A stretch of 64,000 bases of DNA from Rotaria socialis. Its lineage: Eukaryota. The translations under genes and the position numbers were made by a program. The notes beneath the pieces are model-generated. The model made no database searches, was not told where the DNA came from, and saw only the letters and a list, made by a program, of their open reading frames with translations. Position 1 is the stretch's first letter. Every line of letters begins with the position of its first letter. The stretch covers positions 1 to 64,000 of the forward strand of contig CAJNYD010000131.1 in assembly GCA_905331295.1 (NCBI GenBank), given 5' to 3'. Below are positions 55,509 to 64,000 of this stretch, in pieces.

Positions 55509-58012
55509 CTTTATTTATGAAGATATATATATATATGAATAACGGAAAACAAGCAAAATATATTTGTATTTGATTTAACACAATGTAAATAAATTTTTAA
55601 CAATCTGAAATGTATACGTATATAATTGAATCATTTTTTCATTTTAATTTTTCATCTTTTAATTAATACATTCGAGAAGAAGGAGAGTAAAAATAATAAA
55701 CAAGTAAACATATATATATATATATATATAAATGTATGTATCTACTAGTTAATGTGGTATGCACATGTTTCTAGTGTATAATGTCGTCGAATGTTCGACA
55801 GCGAATGATGATAAATGTATTGAGTGATTTGTAGATTTTAATTAAATTTATCTTTTTCGATCAAAAGGTACATAATTATATAGAAAATTAAATTAAAATA
55901 AAATTCCATGTAAATAGTGGAAAATATATATTCTTTTCGATGATGTCAACTTTTTATTATTAGATGGCGTTCGAGGTAGAGGACGTCAGTTGATAGCTAC
56001 ACAAATATATGTAAGCATTGGTAGTATGAAAAGAGAATAGTGGGAGATGGAATGCCCATGTTTTTCTTTTTGTTATAGATTTTATCTGAATATGTGAATA
56101 CAATTGTATTCAAATGTAAAATAAATAGTTGAATTTCTTTCATTTTAACCGTTATTCAATATTATATAGTTTAAATGCTTTAAAGACAATTGTCTAAAAG
56201 AATTGATTAAATAAAAACGCAAATTTGGGAGCTAATAGATCATAGTTTTTTAAATGCTTCAATTTTCGAGCTAAATAAACTGAAAATATCTGTAAGACAC
56301 ATTTTATGATCACGATTGACCTTAGTGTCACTCGCACTACTAACTATTATAAGAAATGCTACATTATCACTCAACTGACGCTACTATAATATCATTCGAT
56401 TCATTAAATCAATGTTAAAAAGTGCTAGGAGCATTTTTGAAAACGTTTGCCTACTTGAGTATAGCGAGAAAACATTTCGAAGTTGTTATTGATCCGTTTT
56501 GTAGTCTACCATTAACTTTTTATTTATAAAATACTTTTAAATAAATAAAACGCTTCATTCAATTCTGGCACAAAACGTACATCTGAAGACTTTTTCTTTA
56601 AAAGGATTAAACTGCCTTTGGGCTACGTTTTTTATGCAATTCAAAATCGACGACGAGTAACAGCTGCTGAAAATCAATTATGCTGAAACTGAAAGTAGTC
56701 CATGGGTGTCGAACAGCTAATTTTTATTTTTCAGCATCACAATCATGAAGTATGATTTGTATCAAAAGAAGCACTTAATTCTCTCCTTGTAAAAATCAAC
56801 AATTTTTCTAAAGCATTTCAAAATTTTATGCAGCAATCGGCAGAGTATCATGTTAAAAAGAAAAAACAACGATGTAGAGACCAATTGAATTGTATAATTA
56901 ATATACAAGCTATTTACTTAAAGGATATACGTTTAGAGTATCTTCCATTTATTCTATTCTATCTTGAAATCAATACTTTATCTCGCTGTTTTTCTTCCAC
57001 GTATTCTTCTCATTCAGCACTAAACTAATACCTTTCATTTATTTAGTTGTAACCGTTGATTGTATAGAACAAGTGTTAGTCACACAAGACGACCAATTAC
57101 TATTGAATAATTATTAGAAACAATTTGGGTGAATTATGTAGGGTAATAGTTTCTTCGTTGCCTATTGAGCACATTCTCTTTTATTAAAGAAATAGCTTTG
57201 TAATTACTCTCCGAATATAATATAAGTAAAAAAAAATGCTTTCGGTGAATAAAAGATTAGAAAATAAAAAAATGCAACAAGATTATTGCTGCAGATTTTT
57301 TCTCCAAAAATATGTAGATATTACTCGATGATTCCTATTTGCTTTCGTGCAATACTCTGAAAGCAACTATCAAGAATATTTCATTTTTATAGCAGTTGAA
57401 TATCTTTTAATTGCATTCGAATTATTGTATCATCTTACCAAAAAAATCAAATTTTGGAATAATAATAATAAAAAGAAAACATTTTTCTTTTCTGTTTCTT
57501 ATAGAGCGAGCTATATTTATCATCATAGTGTAAAATATTTGACTTTTTTTTATACGGAACAATGGAGGTAATTGATTCTTCGCATGAGTTCCCTCTACTA
57601 TTTTTTTGGTAATATTAGTAACCCCCCTTCCCCAATATTAGAAGACCCCCCTGAAGAAAAAGTTTGTCCGACGTAATAGATGACCCCCTTTAATTAGCAT
57701 TTTTTCATCAAAATATGCCCGATTCTTAGCATTTTAAGCTGGAAATATTAAGAGAACATGTTCACAATTAGAATGGCACCATTAGAACCTTGAAAATCGT
57801 CATAGTTTTCTCGAAAACCTTTTAAATTAAATATTAGGAAAAAATGCGGTTCTTAATACAAAACCCTCCTGAAATTTTTTTACTTTGGGACATAATATAT
57901 GACCCAGGGTCTTTTATTGTGTTTGTGNNNNNNNNNNNNNNNNNNNNNNNNNNNNNNNNNNNNNNNNNNNNNNNNNNNNNNNNNNNNNNNNNGTTAATGT
58001 ATCATATGGCGT

Positions 58013-58047
<35 letters not shown>

Positions 58048-58851
58048 CATACATTAATGTAATTCTACTTGACAATATTTTTACCAACTAGGACGTAAAA
58101 GATATTTTCACTGCGTTGTTCTTTATTGTGTGTGTAGATTCTGCTTTCTTAATCGCTTACCGTATTTTGGTTTAATAGGTAGGTCAAAAAAATATAGGTT
58201 CGCGGTATTTTTCTAATATCTTCATTAATTTTCGTTCTTTCCAGTTAGTTTGTTTTTCGATAGATTTACCATTCAATCTTCTACAAAATCAGACACAAAG
58301 ATATATCGCACAGATCAATGTAAAAAGGTGATCATAGTAATATTGCGTCGGAAGCATTTCAATAAACTTTCAAAAACACTTCCGATGAAAATGACCGCTG
58401 AAATGTTTTCTTTCCATTTTGACAGTTTGAACTAAGATTTAAAAATAATATATACGTATTTAGCATTTAATTCTATACAAAAACGACAATAAGTTCATAC
58501 TATAAAGAGAAAAAGCAACCAAAGCGCTTAATATACCAATGTAAAAAAAGATGAAACAATTCGAAACACGAAATACGGACGTTCTATATTTATTTAAGAC
58601 TATACATATAAGCTAATTTGAATAATGGCATAATACATTTTTTAGAGCCTCAATAGCTCTATCATGCCATTATATCAAAGAAATTGAAGTACGAATTCTT
58701 GCCACTTTAAATATAAGGTATGAAAAAAACTTGTTTATTTGAACTAAAACGCGGCTTTCTTTTTAATACTAAACTGAAGTAATGCGCATTTTATGTAAAA
58801 ATAGCTTGCTAACCCGACAAGTATAGTGTTTTATTCTGCAGTTATTGGCAT

Positions 58852-59499
58852 TTTTTTTAATGCGGTGCGAAGCACAGCATTTATGTAGTCCGTCGCGAGT
58901 TTTTAATGCGATGCGAAGCAGAAGCATTTCTGTAGTCCGTCGCGAGTTTTTAATGCGATGCGAAGCAGAAGCATTTATGTTATCCGTCGCGAGTTTTTTT
59001 TTTTCTTTCTTTTTTACTTGAGATCGTACGCATCATTTTCGTCGTTTTGTGACTCTATGATCTCGAGAACCAAAAATCGTAGAAACCTCATTTAAACGCA
59101 AGATAGTAGTATCGAGATCGAACTGCTTACACCTGTTTTCGAATCTTTAATCTGACGTTCCGTTCGCTCACAAATGTGGTTCCGAAATGACGAAAATGAA
59201 AGAAATTTGTTGCAAGATAATTAAAGTGACGTCATGAACATATGTTAGCCACTATAGTCTATTCATTTACAGCTGATCTAAGATAATGAATCATGATGAT
59301 AATTAATCGATCAATCGAAATCGATCCTTAAGAATGTATCGCTAAGTAAGAATAGAGTTTTCTGAGTGATGAATTTCATCANTGAATCTTAAAGTGAATC
59401 ATTTATTTTTAAATCTTATTCTCGCTACTTTCGAAAATTCGGCTCGTGTGCTTCGCACCACATTTCGTAGTCGAGTGAAACTCGAATACGATCTAGTTT
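58852..59499 (+). mobile_element. Helentron-type non-autonomous element (HINE/DINE-1-like)
   Basis: A 5' T-run is followed by atgcggtgcgaagcac, whose near-perfect reverse complement gtgcttcgcaccacat lies subterminally at ~59448-59463. Then come a hairpin tcgtagtcgag-tgaaa-ctcgaatacga and the terminus tctagttt. Confidence 0.75.
58855..58996. repeat. Three tandem copies of a ~45-bp unit at the 5' end of the Helentron-like element
   Basis: ttttaatgcg(a/g)tgcgaagca(ga/c)agcattt(a/c)tgt(ag/ta)tccgtcgcgagt occurs three times. Confidence 0.9.
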
Positions 59500-62400
59500 G
59501 CAGAGAATTGAATGCAGAATCTTTTGGAGACAAGTAAATGAAAAGAGCTAAGCATTAATGAAGATATTAGAAAAATACTAAGACCCCGATTGTTCATGGT
59601 CCACCCATTATTTTGATTCATACGTAGAAATTATATTTGAGAGCTTGAATTTCTCAATTAGGAGATAGAAATGAAGAATTTTATTTATTTTTTATGAATT
59701 TCTAGTTTATTCTATTTTCTCCATGGCGCTCGATAGACTTTTAAAAACTCTTCCAATGTAACACTTTGCAACTACACGATGCGTTTTTATGGGAGGAATG
59801 AGAAAAAAATTGTCGAGATGGTAAAAGTGGTTATTAAGTTCTCGTTTCCATATGTATTTGAAAAGATACTTATCTATTTTGCTATTTATAAAGAAAGTTC
59901 TCAAAAATTAGCCAGCGAAGCAATTCTCGATCTTATCAATTTACATAACCCGTTGAGTCGTTACGGCCAACTAACATTAAATCTATTTTTATTGGCTACA
60001 TAGTGGTAAAAATGCCATCTAACTGCTTTTTTCTTTTCGTATTTCAACTTTGAAATTTAAAATTATTGTAACAAACAGTATGTGCCATGCAAAAGTAAGA
60101 ACGATTTTTGTTTTGCTTCTTTACAACTTCACTTAGTCCATAATGAATGTAATGCAACTAGTATAGTGATTCTGAGATGCCCGATGAAAGAAAAAGTTAT
60201 GCAATATTCATACATACGATTGAAAATATCAAGATCAGAAAATATAGTTCACGACGAAGAATAGGAAGATTTTATTAACCGATATTTCTATGCTAAAAAT
60301 GTCACTAGACACCAACATTACCACGAATTCACTCTAGAGTGTCTATTATTGAAATTATTTGAAGCCAACGTAGCTGTATGCTGAATATGTATATTATATC
60401 GTGACGTTAAGGTTTTATTAAATTCTAGATCGTAACCATATGTCGGTCACATGAAGAAAAATCTTATTGTCCTACAGTGCGCCAGTATTTTAATCCTATT
60501 TACAAATTTTGTTTTTGTATCGACAGCGATGTAAAGTACTGTATAGAGATGTCACATTTGGGTATGCTCATGAATTTTGAACAATCCTCGAATGTCTTGA
60601 TGCTACAGTTAGGAAATTTTATTCTGTTTTTTTTCCTCTGAAACCTGTAAGGAATGCATTTTAATGCTTATTTTTCTCACATATGATTGAATTACTTAAT
60701 GTGTCTCCAGTGCAAACAATTTTCTTTCTTTCTTTGAAAACAAAAGCTGTCACATGCTATTTTTCTTTCATTTTTTTAAAAGAACTTCGCGACAATCAAC
60801 TAAGCCATAGAAATTTTCGATCATTCAAATGAGAATAGTGTTTCTTTTTTATACGTAGGAACGATAGGGCAAAATCAACATAATAAATGAATCACTCAAA
60901 AGTAATTCTACCGATGATAGAAAGAAAAAAAAGCTATGACAACAACATGCACCACCGAATTATTTTTTTTTGTTATAAAGCAATATAACACATCTAAACC
61001 CTGCTAAGTTAATATGATTATTTCCCGGTGTTTATCTAAGATATGAATAGACTTTTTTCACTCGTTCTTGAACACCATTAAATTAATTGATGTGGGAGTA
61101 TGGCAAGTGAACCACTGTTCTTTGGACCTGTATTTTTGATAACTTGCAAAAGTAGTTGAATAGGAAATCTCATTCAAACAACCATATTTCCTAATTATTA
61201 GTCTAGTTTAAAAGACGTGTTATCTATGGTAAATATTATGAATAGGATGGCAATATATTTTTACAGTTTGAATTGTTATGATTTCCCCTAAAACAAATAG
61301 TTGTAAACAGGGCGCCTAACATAAATAGAAAAAGGTTTTTTAGTCTTTCAATATTTTAACCAATTGAAAATTTGTTCATTTGAACTTTTTATCGTTCTGG
61401 ATCGCTTTAGTGACACTTGTTGTTCGCTTATTTTTGTGCCATGATTTTATAAAATGCAAGTCGTAAACGGCAGCATCTAGTAAGTTAATGAATTTATAGG
61501 AGCTCTTGTGCATTTTTTTTAAAAGAAAATGTTGACAACTCCTCAAAAGAATCTTCATATGAAAAAAGTAAACTTATTCTTAATTCAAATCGAAAATTGA
61601 AATACTACGCATGACCTCGAATAGATATATAAAGCTGTTTTCATGGTTTTCTTCTTATATTTCCAAGACAAATCTAAAGTATTCTTTACATAGACGAGTT
61701 TTTGTTAGGCTTTTTTCGATTATTTACAACATATGTTATACGAAGTAGTTTTTTTTTAAATGTACTTATATTCACGTGATTACATCGTTGATTACTTTTG
61801 TTTTATTGACTAGAGGTATCATGAATTTATTCCGAAAAATTTTGATTAGTAATATGAAAAATATTTACGTATGTATGTATGTATGTATGTATGTATACAT
61901 GAGAAATAAAAACGTCTGTTTTTTGAAGATAAAAATCAATAAAACTAAGATGAGTCGAGTAGAATGCGTATCGTTTGATTATCGGATGAAAAACAGTAGA
62001 ACAAGTGACATATCGTCCAACTTTTTACACTAAAACAATATTCAATATAATAGTTCTCATGCAATCAAATTTGTTTTTCTATAAGTAGAATAGCCATTGT
62101 TTTAGTTCATGGATATTAGTTGTGTAATAAAGAATAATATTCGATACATTCAACAGTATCGATGACGTAGAGTATAAGAACAGAATAATGATATTGCCTT
62201 TCTCTTGTTCAAGGGTACGAAGTACGCGATAAGATCATATGCGAAAAATACAAGATGCTGCTCATAATCTAGCCGATATTCTTACTGTTCTTGTCTCGTA
62301 TATAGTTCTATACGTATTTTTATTAGTTGCTAGCGATCGTCCTATCAGAAATACACGATAGATATGCTACATGAATGTAGTTGATATAGATATATTACAA

Positions 62401-63512
62401 TTTATCTTACTTTGTACCGAGTAAGTTTTCTTTTTCATCTGTTCTGACGATAAAAAACAACAAATAGACCTCTTTCATCCTTCATATATAACTTCAGTTA
62501 TTATCACTTTTTTTTTGATTTTCGTTTTACTAGATTCTTTGTGGATAAAGGATTAGTTTTGTTTTTTATTTTGCATACTCGAAAATGATCAAAGCATTTG
62601 AAGAAGCTATGACATTTTTGATAGTGATCAGAGAGAATAGTAACAATAATCGAAAGCTAACAAATTTTGATGTCATTTTTCCTGTATAATTGATCATATA
62701 CTATTATAAAGGTTCTGTTCTACAGCCGTAATGCTTGTCGCAAGTAAACTTGTATGTGATAAGGAAAGAAATTAAGTAAAGAGGAGTGACAAGCATCTCA
62801 AATTTCGACTTTGTTAAAAATGTAACATTATACTTTCGTTTTTCTGTTCTTTTATTGACCAAATTGAAAAAGAATATTATATTCCAGCTTTGTTATGGTG
62901 TTCGTGACGAGCATCTCTTACCGGTGATATTACGATGTCCAACTCAAAGCAAAAAATAAAGTTTACTAATTATTAGAGACTACCTTCTCGATGTTCTTTT
63001 GATTCTTAATAAAAAAAGAGAACGCAACCAGAGAATATTATACAAGTGAGAATAAAGCATCAGTGAATGTGACTTGAATTCACATATATTGTGAAGGACG
63101 AAGTGAGTCTAGGAATGTAACCATAATACTTTCTTCTTGTTATTGCTATATCTTTTTTTACTTGTCGGAAAAACAAAATTTCTTATTATTAAAAATGTGT
63201 GATAAAAATATTTTTTATTTTTAGACGTCACTCAACTAAACGCTTTGAAAAATGATCTATGTATAATATTTTGAAAAATCTTTGGTGAACTTTTTAATAA
63301 AATACAACAACAAAAATAAGAAACAACAAATATTATTATTAATTGAATAATTACAAGCATATTAAAAACGCATCGAGTGAATACAATTAACCTATCGTTC
63401 AGGTAATTCATTATGGCATTTTAAATATTTAGTTTTATACAAATAATAATTGATATCGTGCCTCTATATGATCTTAAACAAACTTAGTTTTCAAAATCAA
63501 TTGATATTGAAA

Positions 63513-64000
63513 ATGAATGTGTTTCGTCGTTTCTTCGTAAGTTTTTAATTATATTCTATTTATGAGAAATTGCATATGGATATATTAATTGATACAGATA
63601 CGGCCAACACGTCATACTAAATATCTAATACAAATAATTATTATAATTGTTGTCGTATCTTTGCTTGGATTGTTTCTCGGTATGTCGGGAAAGGGAAACG
63701 AAGCTGTTAAAGAAAATATTAAAGAATATATACAAGAAAAGAGCCAAAAAGAGATCATTCCAACTAAGAATAGAGAACCAGTTGAAGAGGCAAATGAAAA
63801 TGAAATCATTTCATCAACATCAACAAATTGTGCATATAAAGTATAAATAAGAAGAAAATCAAAAAATTCAAAGATAAAATCAAATCTGTTTTTTTTTTGT
63901 AAATTTAGAATTGTCCAAAACTTCGTGATGATGTTATTAATGTACATATTATTTGTCATACACATTTAGATCCTGGTTGGCTTAATTCAGTGGACGGATA
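63513..64000 (+). CDS. GH38 alpha-mannosidase, 3'-partial. Exons 63513-63536, 63598-63840, 63909 to the window end
   Basis: Spliced: MNVFRRFF|IRPTRHTKYLIQIIIIIVVVSLLGLFLG...STNCAYK|NCPKLRDDVINVHIICHTHLDPGWLNSVDG. This matches the GH38 N-terminal Zn-binding H-x-D-x-G-W motif (MAN2B1 has NVHLLPHTHDDVGWLKTVD). Confidence 0.9.

Noticed and set aside
57595..57991. Repeated gaccccc motifs resembling a MITE end before an N gap
   Set aside because: The other terminus is lost in the assembly gap, so TIR and TSD cannot be shown.
58855..58996. Regularly spaced repeats resembling a CRISPR array
   Set aside because: Head-to-tail tandem units without unique spacers, eukaryotic context, no cas genes.

Overview
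AT-rich eukaryotic (animal) genomic DNA with compact genes and many ~50-75 bp GT-AG introns. Intron size, base composition and a receiver-like/ART/TPR gene point to a bdelloid rotifer (inference). Genes in order: 3' part of a nicotinic acetylcholine receptor alpha subunit (+), an orphan class A GPCR (-), FoxK (-), MTHFR (-), an intronless receiver-like/pseudo-ADP-ribosyltransferase/TPR gene (+), an intron-containing LINE-ORF1/gag-like CCHC gene (+), then a tight minus-strand block (TTLL12, a bifocal/taperin-like PP1 regulator, a UPF0235 protein, two unknown genes, PDCD4), and the 5' end of a GH38 alpha-mannosidase (+). The long intergenic regions hold a solo LTR with a 5-bp TSD, several MITEs with TSDs, a ~1.6 kb foldback inverted repeat and a Helentron-type non-autonomous element. 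Most worth following up: the two-gene plus-strand island (catalytically dead ART-TPR protein and probable domesticated retroelement ORF1), and the unusual coupling of UPF0235 to the PP1-regulator gene. Exon structures were deduced by eye; no database searches were run.
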